A stretch of 64,000 nt of DNA from Candidatus Heimdallarchaeota archaeon (GCA_019057815.1 JAHLWR010000003.1:32001-96000); one strand, 5' to 3'. Positions 51,376 to 61,548 are shown, counted from the first letter of the stretch. Program-made: numbers and translations. Notes: generated by a model from the letters alone, not told the origin.

Positions 51376-54300
51376 CTATGTATAACTAATCCTTCCTTCT
51401 TTAGGAGTGAATATTTGTCCACTCTTTTGAAGTTGTTCGATAACTTTGATAACGAAATCTTCTTCAATATCTCTCTCTTTTGCTATTTCTTTTAATTTCT
51501 GCATCGTAATATAGTTATATTTGCTTTTAGTAATTTCATCTTTGATAATATCAAGAATCTTATCCATCTTTGAACGTGAAACTGAAGTCATTCCTGATAC
51601 CATATAATCAACAGTAACTTTTCCACTGATAGGATCTTTACCAGCTTGTTCTAAAGAGGTTTTAAGTAATCTGATAGCTGCTTCAACATGGTCTATTGTA
51701 ACATCATTTTTTAGAGCCATTCTAGCTTGAGATTCTGATAATCTGACTAAGGCTTCTAAATATCTAGGAGTAATAGCAATTTCTAATCCATCTGATTCCT
51801 TTCTTAATTCTAGATAATACTTTTCTATTCTTTCCATTGCTTCATCTGTAAGAACTGGATGTACATGTTGTTTTGAATAACTTATGTATTTGCGCAAAAG
51901 TTCCATAGAAATTGGGGGTTCAGCTTCTTCTAACAAATGACCTCGCCTTAATTCTAAGATATGACGAGCCATTTTAGTATCAAATTCAACCTCTGGTTCA
52001 TCTTTAATTATGAATATTAGATCAAACCTAGAAAGGATAGTAGATGAAAGGTTAATATTTTCTCCAGGAGAGCGTGAAGGCTCATAGCGTCCAAAACGCG
52101 GGTTAGCAGCTGCAATAATAGCTGTTCGAGCGTTTAATTGGGCAATAATTCCAGCTTTAGCTATACTAATACTTTGTTGCTCCATAGCTTCATGTATTGA
52201 TGAACGGTCAACTTTATTCATTTTGTCAAATTCATCTATTGCAACTACCCCTCTATCTCCTAATACTAATGCTCCTGCTTCTAATGTGAATTCTCCCGTA
52301 TCTTGATCTCTAATTACAGCCGCGGTGTTATGTGTAACAAATCCATTTACAATAAAATTATGAGTTTCTGGTATTGACAAATCATAAACATATTCTTCTG
52401 TATTTTCAAACTCTTCAATTTGTGCAATCTCATCCCATAAAACATCTGAATTTGCTAATGTCTTTAATAACTCATATCTCTTCTGTAAATATTTGTGTTT
52501 TTCTTTTATCTTTTCAATTACGTTATCTATGTACTTTGTTATTTCCAGTGGTAAAACAATATTTTCAAGTTTTTTTAGCTTGATAATTATTTTTATTTGA
52601 ATTGAGATATCCCTATTTTTTCTCATGAAAAAATCATAAATATTATCATAATTGAGTCCAGTTTCTTTTTCTATCTCTTTTCTTTCTAATTTCTTATTTA
52701 TTTCTGAAAATAATGTGCTTCGGACAGAGAAAGGTAATTTAATTCTGTGTCTTAACCAATTTGTATCAATTTTTTCTAGTATCTCTTTCAGACGTTTTTG
52801 AGATATTGCTTTATCGAAATTATCTTTGGAAAAAGCTCCATGATAACCTGTCAAATCTCTACTACTATAATTGTAGAATATCTTTAGTTCATTTACCATT
52901 GAAAAGATTTGGGGTATGTTATCCAAATTTCGATGTTTCTGTCTGGTTTTTTCACATATTTCGTCTAGTTTCTCCATTTTACTAGAGTGCCTAAAACCAA
53001 CAAATTCTCTAAATACTTTGAAATCTTCATTATTGCTAAATGCTATTTCATATTTCTCTAGTTTGCCTGTTATTTTAGTCCCATCTTTCTTAATTGATGT
53101 TTTTGGTTTTCTCACCCTTCTAAATGAAGCGATGTTAAGAGTTGATAGTGCATCTTGAATAAAATTTGCAAGCTTTTTGCTTGTTGTAGATATTCCGATG
53201 TGAGAAGAACTATTTTTTCTTACAGTTATCCATCCATCTGAATCATATAATCCCTGAAGAAGATTCTTTAGATAAATTTCTGGATAAAATAGAATGTCCC
53301 AGATAGGTGCTATTGTGCTTGATTTAGGAGCTAATGTCAGGCCAAAATAATTGAAAATATGATAAAGCAATTTGGACCAAATTCTATATTCTGCTGGCCT
53401 AGATTGTGTTTCTTTTGTTTTGCTAATTGTGAAACCTAGTTTTTTAAAGAATTGTTCAAAAGTATCCAATATCTCTTGCTGTGTATTAGACAATCCAATA
53501 GTAACACCACCATAACCCTCTGTTCTTTTATCAATTGATACCCGACCATCACCCATTAATAGACCTAACATGTAGAACCATTCTTCATCTAAAGTTTTAG
53601 GAAGGAAAATAGTTTGACCTTTTTTGATCTGGAGTTCTAATATATCTGGGAGTTCATTCAGCAGATCTTTGTTTGCTAATTTACATAAGTTACCAAATTG
53701 TCTAAAACTTATTGAACCTCGTTTGCTTTTATCTTGCCAGTTTGATATTGTACTCTCTGTAACCTTTAATATTTTCTCTATGTCTTTTATTGTATAAGAA
53801 GTGCTATGTTTCAATTCTTCAATAATTGTTGCAACTTTGTCTTCAACAGAAGATAATGTAATAGTTCCTTTATAGATTTCAATAATTTCATATGATATTG
53901 GTACTTCTTTTCTTGTTATAATTGGTAATTTTCTCGTTGTAGCTACCCTATCTCCTTCTGTAAGGATGCTTGCATGTTTCCAAACTACTCCTTCATCCTT
54001 TGTTATTGAAAGAAGGCTAGTTTGAGGAGTGATTACAAGTTGTTTTCCTGTTCGTGAGGTTATTCTAATTAGACTCTTTGGAGGTTTAATTTTCCAAAAT
54101 CTTGATATCGGTTGTTTATCTAAATGTAAATTCTTTGAATGGACAGCTAAATTTTCATTGCTAGAATTCTCAACATATTCCATTTGTTCATTATAATATA
54201 AGATATCGCCAGATTCAAATTCTTGTTCAACTATTTCAGAAATAGGTTTAATTTGATTATGAAGAAGAATTCGGCTATCACCAGAAACACAAAGACCAGC

Positions 54301-55401
54301 AGCTGTTGAGGCTTTTCCAGATGTCATTAGTCCTCTTGGTGCAAGTTTACATGCAAATTGTAAAATTTGACTCTTAGCAACTCCTGGATCGCCTATTATT
54401 AATAAATTAGATTCACCTCTTTGTTTCATCCCATCGGACGCTACTCTACTTTCTCCACCAAAGAGAATGGTTGCTATGGCTTCTTTGATTGTCTCCATTC
54501 CGTATATCGAAGGTGCAACAGATCTTATTATCCTTCTATGAATACTTAAATCGCGGGATAATTCTATGATTTCTTTTTCTGTTTCTGGGTCTATATCGAT
54601 TTCTTCATACTCTTTCTGTTGGGAAGAAATATAATTGACATCCAACCAAAGGTCAAAAATAGCTAGTTTTCCTTTCTTCTTTGGAGTTGGAGCTTTCATT
54701 CTCAAAATACCACTAACAACAGCTCGATCTCCTGCTCTGACAGCATCGACTAAATCTCCCACTAATCTTGCAGAAAGGTTTCTAGGAATTTGACCTGCTG
54801 GGAGTGTTTCAGGTCGTTCCTGAACTGTTATTGTCTGTAGATCTTTGTATGTAGATTCCTCTGAATTGAGTTTAAAGAAACCTTTCTTTCCACAGCTTGG
54901 ATTAACACAGATATGTGGTTCCATATACATACCTCCTATTTGAGGGACATAATTAATTTCACCGCAGCTCAAACACTGAAAAGAACCTTCAATAAGTAAA
55001 GGTTTGACAACACTCTGTCTAAGAACAATGCCTTCTACAGATATTAGTTTCCCTAAATGCACATTTCTAACCCTTCTCAAATCAACTTGATCAGGAATAT
55101 TTGAAAAACGAACAACAAATGTTTCTTCACCTGTTGCATAAATTGGGTCTTCTATGGTTAATACTTCCTTTAATGCTCCATTAGCTTCTTTGAGAATCTC
55201 TTCAGGATTCTCTCTTAATTGTCTAGCTGATTCTGGGTCGTATCGAAGAAGATCATCATAACTTACAAAAAGTGACGTTAAACCTTCTAAAACCATTTTT
55301 TGAATTTGTTCTGTATATACTCTTCTTCCTTTATCATCCATATATCCTTGAAAAAAATCAGTAAACCTATCTATAGGCGTAGATTGCATGTCGATGTGCA
55401 T
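51376..55401 (-). CDS. mcm: MCM replicative helicase containing one intein
   Basis: zinc finger C..C...C....C, GDPGVAKS, IDEFDKM, SRFD, C-terminal WH; start at ATG 55401 or 55389 (ORF track uses TTG 55461). Confidence 0.96.
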   Translation of the reverse strand: MHIDMQSTPIDRFTDFFQGYMDDKGRRVYTEQIQKMVLEGLTSLFVSYDDLLRYDPESARQLRENPEEILKEANGALKEVLTIEDPIYATGEETFVVRFSNIPDQVDLRRVRNVHLGKLISVEGIVLRQSVVKPLLIEGSFQCLSCGEINYVPQIGGMYMEPHICVNPSCGKKGFFKLNSEESTYKDLQTITVQERPETLPAGQIPRNLSARLVGDLVDAVRAGDRAVVSGILRMKAPTPKKKGKLAIFDLWLDVNYISSQQKEYEEIDIDPETEKEIIELSRDLSIHRRIIRSVAPSIYGMETIKEAIATILFGGESRVASDGMKQRGESNLLIIGDPGVAKSQILQFACKLAPRGLMTSGKASTAAGLCVSGDSRILLHNQIKPISEIVEQEFESGDILYYNEQMEYVENSSNENLAVHSKNLHLDKQPISRFWKIKPPKSLIRITSRTGKQLVITPQTSLLSITKDEGVVWKHASILTEGDRVATTRKLPIITRKEVPISYEIIEIYKGTITLSSVEDKVATIIEELKHSTSYTIKDIEKILKVTESTISNWQDKSKRGSISFRQFGNLCKLANKDLLNELPDILELQIKKGQTIFLPKTLDEEWFYMLGLLMGDGRVSIDKRTEGYGGVTIGLSNTQQEILDTFEQFFKKLGFTISKTKETQSRPAEYRIWSKLLYHIFNYFGLTLAPKSSTIAPIWDILFYPEIYLKNLLQGLYDSDGWITVRKNSSSHIGISTTSKKLANFIQDALSTLNIASFRRVRKPKTSIKKDGTKITGKLEKYEIAFSNNEDFKVFREFVGFRHSSKMEKLDEICEKTRQKHRNLDNIPQIFSMVNELKIFYNYSSRDLTGYHGAFSKDNFDKAISQKRLKEILEKIDTNWLRHRIKLPFSVRSTLFSEINKKLERKEIEKETGLNYDNIYDFFMRKNRDISIQIKIIIKLKKLENIVLPLEITKYIDNVIEKIKEKHKYLQKRYELLKTLANSDVLWDEIAQIEEFENTEEYVYDLSIPETHNFIVNGFVTHNTAAVIRDQDTGEFTLEAGALVLGDRGVVAIDEFDKMNKVDRSSIHEAMEQQSISIAKAGIIAQLNARTAIIAAANPRFGRYEPSRSPGENINLSSTILSRFDLIFIIKDEPEVEFDTKMARHILELRRGHLLEEAEPPISMELLRKYISYSKQHVHPVLTDEAMERIEKYYLELRKESDGLEIAITPRYLEALVRLSESQARMALKNDVTIDHVEAAIRLLKTSLEQAGKDPISGKVTVDYMVSGMTSVSRSKMDKILDIIKDEITKSKYNYITMQKLKEIAKERDIEEDFVIKVIEQLQKSGQIFTPKEGRISYT
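52327..54291 (-). mobile_element. intein with LAGLIDADG homing endonuclease (655 aa)
   Basis: AAGL|CVSGDS ... VYDLSI..THNFIVNGFVTHN|TAAV; LGLLMGDG and LQGLYDSDG motifs. Confidence 0.96.
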
Positions 55402-55542
55402 TTTTTCCAACCTTAATTCTACAACTTTCCTTAGTTTATTAGTTTTACTTTGTACTGACAAAGCTTTATGTTTAATAAAATATACTGAAAATTAGTATAA
55501 AAACTACTCATCAGAACAAAAAGAACATAAATTAAGAGATGG

Positions 55543-56898
55543 ATGTTGACTAAAATGACTTACACTAATACTCACTTAGCCTTACAAGGAATACTGATGT
55601 GGATTCTTTTATCAAAAAAATCTAAAGAATATTACAAAGAGCATAGATGGGAGTTTCTTTTAGTTAATTTATTTGCAATTTTACCTGATATAGATCTTCT
55701 GTTCGGTCTTCACCGTTCATATACTCATTCACTAATTCTGCCACTAGCTATTCTCTTATGTTGTTTAACGGTAGGGAAGATAGGCGGAGGATTCTCGAAA
55801 ATAAGTGAGAAGGGGTTAAGGATTATCCGATTTATTAAGTTAGCTTGCTATATGTATTTGCTTCATATTGTTCTTGATATTGGTTGGGGACCTGTAATGT
55901 TTTTCTGGCCATTAGATACTAATTATTATGATTTATCGGTGTTTTTAAGGCTTGAAAACGTTAAGTGGTTATTTCTACCGATGACTTTTATCGGTTTAAT
56001 ACCATCGTGGAAAGTTTATACTTATTCAGAGGGACATAGTCAGTTTTTCATCAATTTAAGTCAAGAAGAAAGACAGTCGATTTATGGTCAGTATTTGGAT
56101 TTTAAAATAGAGTATTTTATTTTTCATGTAGTCATTTTAATAGCTTGGATTATAGTCATTTTGCTCCCTGTATTTAAAAGGAAACGGCAAAAAGAAAAAT
56201 CAAATTTTACTACAAATTTAGTTAAGGGCTTCAAACAGATTACAAGAGAGACAACTCTTGTTGGAGTATTAATACTAGCATTAGGTCTAATTATAGGTCC
56301 TTCGATAGGCAGAAGTTATAGTGTATCACATATAGTGAATATAGATTACGTTTCAAGTAATACTCTTTTTGATCCAACATTGGGAGTCATTGTAGATAGG
56401 GGAGTATATGAAAACACAACATTAAGCTATAAATGTAAAACAGGATTAGTAGACTACAATGCATCTGTTATGTTTGTAGAAAAAGAAACGTTCTATAATT
56501 TCTTCAATTCGTTTTCTAATATAAGCTCTGAATATCAAGCTGGAAATATATCCTATACAGAGTTAATTGTCTCATATTCAGTTCTAGTAGATGGTGTAAA
56601 AAACGCAAGTAACGAAGTTTATCAATTAATTGGGGAACAGAACCAAATTGGCTTAAATTTTACTTATGATTCTTCTTCAGAAGAAAGTACACTCTATTTC
56701 TTAGCTCTTATCGATGAATGGAATTGGACAGAATCGTATGTATATAGATGTACGTTAACTATATCACACACATTAGACAGGAGTATAGCTCAGATTGAAG
56801 GTGCTGTCCTAGTTTCTTTGGCGTGTGTAATAATCTTATTAGACCAATCCTTTAGTGTTATAAGAATACGTAAAAAAATAGATGAAAAAATAAGTTAA
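55543..56898 (+). CDS. membrane metal-dependent hydrolase (YdjM-like) with C-terminal extracellular domain
   Basis: H near N-terminus, LPDID, HRSYTHS, H..LD, FWP. Confidence 0.8.
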   Translation: MLTKMTYTNTHLALQGILMWILLSKKSKEYYKEHRWEFLLVNLFAILPDIDLLFGLHRSYTHSLILPLAILLCCLTVGKIGGGFSKISEKGLRIIRFIKLACYMYLLHIVLDIGWGPVMFFWPLDTNYYDLSVFLRLENVKWLFLPMTFIGLIPSWKVYTYSEGHSQFFINLSQEERQSIYGQYLDFKIEYFIFHVVILIAWIIVILLPVFKRKRQKEKSNFTTNLVKGFKQITRETTLVGVLILALGLIIGPSIGRSYSVSHIVNIDYVSSNTLFDPTLGVIVDRGVYENTTLSYKCKTGLVDYNASVMFVEKETFYNFFNSFSNISSEYQAGNISYTELIVSYSVLVDGVKNASNEVYQLIGEQNQIGLNFTYDSSSEESTLYFLALIDEWNWTESYVYRCTLTISHTLDRSIAQIEGAVLVSLACVIILLDQSFSVIRIRKKIDEKIS

Positions 56899-57902
56899 GA
56901 GGCCATTTCTGTTGTCAATTCTACTAGGTCTGTATTTTCATTTAATTCTCTCAAAATTACGTTTGATAATATAGCTATTTCATCTACAAAAGGCATCCTT
57001 CTATAGGTTCTAAAATAAATTACTCGGAAATCTTTTGCTTTTTTGATAAAGGGAAGAGGGTTCTTACCTGCTGTTCTTTCTAAATCGCTGATAAGATAAA
57101 TTATACGTTCAGGAGCTGATACCTGTTCTAACTCATCAAGTGCCAGTTCAAGAGCTTCAGAAATGTTAGTTTTTCCTCTACTTTCTAAATCAAGGATTTT
57201 TCTAACTATCTCATTAGGATGAGTTGCTTCAGCCATTTTCTTGAGTAATTGAGCTTCTGAATCAAACCCTATGATTGCCAAATTGTCTCTTTTAACTGTC
57301 AAAGAGAGTACTGAAGCAGTTAAAACTATTTGATGTATATGTTGTAAAACACTAAGACTTTTGTCTATACATATAACAATGCTACGTTTTCTTTTTTCAG
57401 GTTCTCGAACAACTATATTATCATAAGTGGGCAGAATGTTACCACTACTTAACAACCGTTGCATAGTCATTTCGAGATCCCATTGATCTCCAGGTTCATA
57501 ATTCTTAAAACGAGCTACAGATGAAGCTATTCCTTTAAGGTAGATGAGCTTAGCTTTTTCCGTTATAAATGGTATAAGTTTATCAAGAATTTCCTTGCGA
57601 ATTTTAAAACTCAAATGTTTTTTTGTGAGAGAATAAAGTTGTATCAGATCCTCTTCAGATATTTTTTCAAGGATTACATTATCAATATCCATTTCATTTA
57701 ATGTCTTAGCGACAAAATTGGGATAATTAGTTGCAATTAATCTCAACCCTTCCAAATTTCTAGTTTCTGCTGCTTTTTGAGTCAGTTCAGCTATACGTGC
57801 CATATCTTCTTTGTAATGCCCTAGTTCTAATGAGATATCATTAACTAACATACGAGCTTCTATATTTGAAGGAAAGTGTAACAACGGTTCATTCTCTATC
57901 AT
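56895..57902 (-). CDS. VWA-domain protein (CoxE-like MoxR partner)
   Basis: MIDAS DKSLS, G.TNI..AL, ISD; downstream of MoxR. Confidence 0.88.
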   Translation of the reverse strand: MIENEPLLHFPSNIEARMLVNDISLELGHYKEDMARIAELTQKAAETRNLEGLRLIATNYPNFVAKTLNEMDIDNVILEKISEEDLIQLYSLTKKHLSFKIRKEILDKLIPFITEKAKLIYLKGIASSVARFKNYEPGDQWDLEMTMQRLLSSGNILPTYDNIVVREPEKRKRSIVICIDKSLSVLQHIHQIVLTASVLSLTVKRDNLAIIGFDSEAQLLKKMAEATHPNEIVRKILDLESRGKTNISEALELALDELEQVSAPERIIYLISDLERTAGKNPLPFIKKAKDFRVIYFRTYRRMPFVDEIAILSNVILRELNENTDLVELTTEMAS

Positions 57903-57922
57903 TTGGTTGATAGAGTCACCTT

Positions 57923-58810
57923 TTATCCTTTTTTTCTTATTATACGCTCATCTTCATATGTAGAAAGAATTTTAGAAACAATTTCTTCGAGAACTGTTTG
58001 TTCAGATTTTTGACTCGTTGTAGTACATCTGACTTTACGTGAGTGTACAGCAATAACATGCGAAATCAATATATTTTCATCTATATCTTGATTTTGAGGA
58101 TGTAATTCAACTAATTGAATAGCTCCTCTTACAGTAGAAGAGATATCAAGTTCAGGGTGGTTAATTGTGGTTTGAACTATATCGCACGAGATTTGAATAA
58201 GAAGATCATCACTTGAACTAGTTCGAAGTTTAACAATTTCTATCATCTCTTCTCTAGATTGGTGATTTACGTTTATCCATATGCAACGATCATAAAACGC
58301 TCTAGGGAGAGGATTCGTGGCTACTGTGTCCTTTGGATTAAAAGTGAATATGGGTATGAAACCTACTTCAGCTTTGATTGTACCCAGTCTGGGAATTGTG
58401 ATTAATCTTTCATCCAAAGCTGATAATGCAGCGTTTATGGTCTCAGAAGGAGCTCGATTGGTTTCATTGAAGAAGAAAATACCCCCTTTTTCCATTGCTT
58501 CAGTTAAAGGACCAGGAATAAAACTTTCTTTAGAAAAACCTTTCTCGAGAACTAATGGTGGATCATACCAGCCTTTTAATTTTATGGCTGTAAGATTATC
58601 ATCTCCATCAACACGAATGAAAGGACGTTCTAAACAATCAGAGACAGCTTTTGCCATTTCAGTTTTACCAGTTCCTATGGGACCTTCAATAATTATTGGG
58701 AGATTTTTCTCAATAGCTCTAAACATTAAACGAAGCTCTTCGCGACGACCAATTATAAGAGTAAAAACTTTTTCCAATGAGTCGTCTAAAGACATACTAG
58801 AATTGGTCAT
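57923..58810 (-). CDS. MoxR-family AAA+ ATPase
   Basis: EGPIGTGKT, F.PGPL..AM, NETNR, NP, DR; start uncertain (ATG 58810 or nearby). Confidence 0.9.
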   Translation of the reverse strand: MTNSSMSLDDSLEKVFTLIIGRREELRLMFRAIEKNLPIIIEGPIGTGKTEMAKAVSDCLERPFIRVDGDDNLTAIKLKGWYDPPLVLEKGFSKESFIPGPLTEAMEKGGIFFFNETNRAPSETINAALSALDERLITIPRLGTIKAEVGFIPIFTFNPKDTVATNPLPRAFYDRCIWINVNHQSREEMIEIVKLRTSSSDDLLIQISCDIVQTTINHPELDISSTVRGAIQLVELHPQNQDIDENILISHVIAVHSRKVRCTTTSQKSEQTVLEEIVSKILSTYEDERIIRKKG

Positions 58811-58829
58811 TACTAGAGGAACATAGAAC

Positions 58830-58862
58830 AAAAATAAAACTCTTGTCGTTTAAGCTGAAAAA
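58830..58862. repeat. 33-bp direct repeat R, copy 1
   Basis: aaaaataaaactcttgtcgtttaagctgaaaaa identical at 60271-60303. Confidence 0.95.
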
Positions 58863-58889
58863 GAAAGAAGAAAGAAAAAGAAAGGAAGG

Positions 58890-58922
58890 TTAGTAATTTT
58901 TAGCGGATTTTTCAGGATTGAC
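58890..58922 (-). pseudogene. orphan copy of the last 10 codons plus stop of the MFS gene (VNPEKSAKNY*)
   Basis: 31/33 identical to 61549-61581; the purine-rich flank beyond the stop also matches. Confidence 0.9.
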
Positions 58923-59116
58923 AGATAGAGAGAATAATAAGAAGTGAGACGATAATAAACATAACAATATCAACAGTAGATGAAAAAGAGGAGTTAATAG
59001 AAAGGGTAAAGCTAGCAGAAGAATATCAAGAGGAAGGAGGAAAAGTGGCTTTGAGGGTAGTAACATTTGCGTTCAAAGAAAGAGAAGAAATAATCAAACT
59101 AAGCCATAAAAACTAG
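58922..59116 (+). pseudogene. 5'-truncated gene remnant (64 codons, no start at its 5' end)
   Basis: open frame QIERIIRSETIINITISTVDEKEELIERVKLAEEYQEEGGKVALRVVTFAFKEREEIIKLSHKN* begins exactly at the junction with the MFS-tail copy. Confidence 0.55.
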
Positions 59117-59129
59117 ATTCTTCATATAA

Positions 59130-60008
59130 CTATTTCATTTTTTTACCACAATTCGAACAGAATTTAACTGAATCTCTATGTTTAGAACCACAGTTTATAC
59201 AAAATTTAGAATTAGTATCCTCCTTAAAAGTGTCTTGGTGAGGATGGAGTGTTTGAGAAAAAGAATTTTGTTTTCCTGTTTTTATTTCATTAAAATCGTT
59301 AGATGTTCGATAGATACCAAGTAAGAATAAACCATAGTATATAAAACTAGTAACATATGTGAGTATATAATAAGTAAACTGAGAAGTATTAAAGCTCCAG
59401 TTACTAAATATTGTGTTACTAAGACTATTTTGGAGGATATTAATGAAAAGAATATAGATTTGAGAATAGAGGAGAAACCTATCAGCTCGGTTGTCGATAA
59501 TTTGCTTTTCTTCCATCTCCGCAAATAAATCCTTCATGAACCAAAAAGCAAATATAAAAGGCACAGGAGTAATACAGATTAAAATGTCATAAACAAGACC
59601 CATTCTAAGGATGCTAAAAAGCATTGTTATGAACTCAAAAGTAGCAGCAAAAATCAAGGAAATAGTTATCTTATTTGATTTAAACTCTAGCTCTGGGAAT
59701 GCTTCTTCAAGTTTGTTAAAATCAGAAGCTAATAAATAGAAAAGAATGAACAGTGTAGCATTGATGAAATATACAGCGTAGAATATATAGAAATAAATGT
59801 TGTTAATTGAAGTAAATTCAGGAGAAGTAGGTTGAACAAAAGATTTAGTGCTAACAATCTGATAAAGACGAATGATAAACTGAATGAGAGTTCTGGAAAA
59901 GGTTATAATAAGTATGATCCCAATTGTGTTAAGATGTCTTTTGAAGTTTCTTTTAGCTATTGACAAGAGATCAAGAGGTACATGTGTAGGGTGATACATA
60001 CTAATCAA
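59130..60008 (-). CDS. multi-pass membrane protein with C-terminal double zinc ribbon
   Basis: about 6 TM; KFCINCG...KFCSNCG. Confidence 0.82.
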   Translation of the reverse strand: MISMYHPTHVPLDLLSIAKRNFKRHLNTIGIILIITFSRTLIQFIIRLYQIVSTKSFVQPTSPEFTSINNIYFYIFYAVYFINATLFILFYLLASDFNKLEEAFPELEFKSNKITISLIFAATFEFITMLFSILRMGLVYDILICITPVPFIFAFWFMKDLFAEMEEKQIIDNRADRFLLYSQIYILFINILQNSLSNTIFSNWSFNTSQFTYYILTYVTSFIYYGLFLLGIYRTSNDFNEIKTGKQNSFSQTLHPHQDTFKEDTNSKFCINCGSKHRDSVKFCSNCGKKMK

Positions 60009-60197
60009 CTTACAATTAGAAAAAGTGAACTATTTAAGCTTATTTAACGATTTTTTGAGTTTTCTTAATGTGCAATAGGTAGTTAACAGTAATACTCATC
60101 AAAGTATCCTTCCACTTCAATATTAATAAATTCTTACTGATTCGAAATTTTCTTTGAACAACAACTTTGTTGTCTTTTTATGTCCCTTTTACTATAT

Positions 60198-60274
60198 TGA
60201 AGTATGAAAAAGCAACAGCTGAAACAGTGGATATTACTATGAATATCATCCCAAAGGATTCTAACATAAGAAAA
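60198..60274 (-). pseudogene. orphan internal fragment of the MFS gene
   Basis: 71/77 nt identical to 61995-62071; joined directly to repeat R copy 2. Confidence 0.92.
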
Positions 60275-60303
60275 ATAAAACTCTTGTCGTTTAAGCTGAA
60301 AAA
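60271..60303. repeat. 33-bp direct repeat R, copy 2
   Basis: identical to 58830-58862. Confidence 0.95.
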
Positions 60304-60413
60304 AGATAACAAGAAAGAAAAAAGAGAGAGTATACTACATACAATCTTAATTATTACCTGTTTATTGAGAAACTATTAAAAGAAATAGAAACTAGAGAAT
60401 AACATCGAAGTAA

Positions 60414-60674
60414 TTATCTTACTTCTCCTGGAGGGATTGGTTTATTATGGCTACCTACTCTTTGTAAATATTTTCCAGAGTTTGTACAATGATGGTGTTT
60501 ACTAAATCTAGGAACAAGAACACAAAGTATACCTAAATAAGTTGATGTAATTATTGTGTGAAATTCAGGTGTAAATGGAAGTAAAATTCTGTCTCTAGCA
60601 AGATTAACAATTTGATTTTAAATTTTATCTCTTTGCTTATAATCCAAAGGATATACTTCTTTGTTGTGGTCCAT
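60414..60674 (-). pseudogene. AlbA_2/Schlafen-like domain remnant with in-frame stop
   Basis: MDHNKEVYPLDYKQRDKI*NQIVNLARDRILLP...ILCVLVP...GKYLQRVGSHNKPIPPGEVR*; G.Y..R.G....E resembles the AlbA_2 C-terminus; TAA at 60618-60620. Confidence 0.5.
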
Positions 60675-60722
60675 ACTTGAGTATCGAGTGTTTTTTATAC
60701 AAACTGAAGTCTACTTTGTATT

Positions 60723-61463
60723 ATGGATGAAGAGATTACCCAAGTATCTAAGTTTCTTTTAGAATTCAATACATATTTGAATATATCATCAATCATATCA
60801 ATAATGGAATTTGAAGGTATTAAACTTGAAATTGAAAAAATTGAGACTTATCCAACTACTTTAACTGTACAGAATGAAGAACTCCAACGAGCTTTCGATA
60901 CCTATAATAAAACTTTGACCATAGAAGGCTATATAAAATATAAGAATAGGTTTGAATTGATTCATCTAAATACATTATTAGAAGCATATCTCTTTAATTG
61001 TTGCAAATATCATATAGAACAGCATAAAGATATTCTAGATTGTACTAAAATATTATTTAAAGATCTTAGAACAAAAGATACTGAAACAATAATTGATGAA
61101 AAAATTGAGAAATATCTTAATGATGCAATAATGTATGGAGATTACACAGATATCTTTGAAAAGATAAAAAGAAAACTGAAATTGAATCAAATTGAAAGAA
61201 TTCTTTCTGATGAGGTGGTTAGAGAATTAAATGAATTGAGTGCCAAACGAAATTTAGTTTTGCACAGAAATGGAAGAATCGATAGAAAATATATACAAAA
61301 GATACACGATGATAATTCAGAAATTGGAGATAAACTACAAGTAGACAGCGAGTATATAAAACATATCAGATTAATAGTTATGACTTTTGCTATTGATTTT
61401 GACAATATTATTTGTGAATTGTACCCTAATCTAAAAACAAGTTTAACATATTATTATACTTGA
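60723..61463 (+). CDS. putative HEPN-domain protein
   Basis: helical protein with upstream L.T.LEAYL Glu and RNLVLH (RxxxxH) followed by NG.ID..Y. Confidence 0.7.
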   Translation: MDEEITQVSKFLLEFNTYLNISSIISIMEFEGIKLEIEKIETYPTTLTVQNEELQRAFDTYNKTLTIEGYIKYKNRFELIHLNTLLEAYLFNCCKYHIEQHKDILDCTKILFKDLRTKDTETIIDEKIEKYLNDAIMYGDYTDIFEKIKRKLKLNQIERILSDEVVRELNELSAKRNLVLHRNGRIDRKYIQKIHDDNSEIGDKLQVDSEYIKHIRLIVMTFAIDFDNIICELYPNLKTSLTYYYT

Positions 61464-61504
61464 TGAATTTCAATAAGCTTTTCTATTAAGCCTAGAAAAG
61501 ATAC

Positions 61505-61548
61505 AATAAAACTCTTAGAATCTAAAAGAAAAGAAAAAGAAAGGAGTT
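61505..61548. repeat. degenerate repeat R, copy 3 (native 3' flank of the MFS gene)
   Basis: aataaaactctt core plus agaaaaagaaagga shared with copy 1. Confidence 0.75.

Noticed and set aside
60167-60379. 70-aa plus-strand ORF sharing KYEKATAETVDITMNIIPK with the 85-aa ORF at 61841
   Set aside because: Both are antisense readings of the MFS sequence and its duplicated fragment, not a protein family
58830-61548. Repeat R as a CRISPR repeat or integron attC site
   Set aside because: Spacing is over 1 kb, there are only 2-3 copies, no dyad symmetry or GTTRRRY/RYYYAAC ends, and no cas or integrase gene
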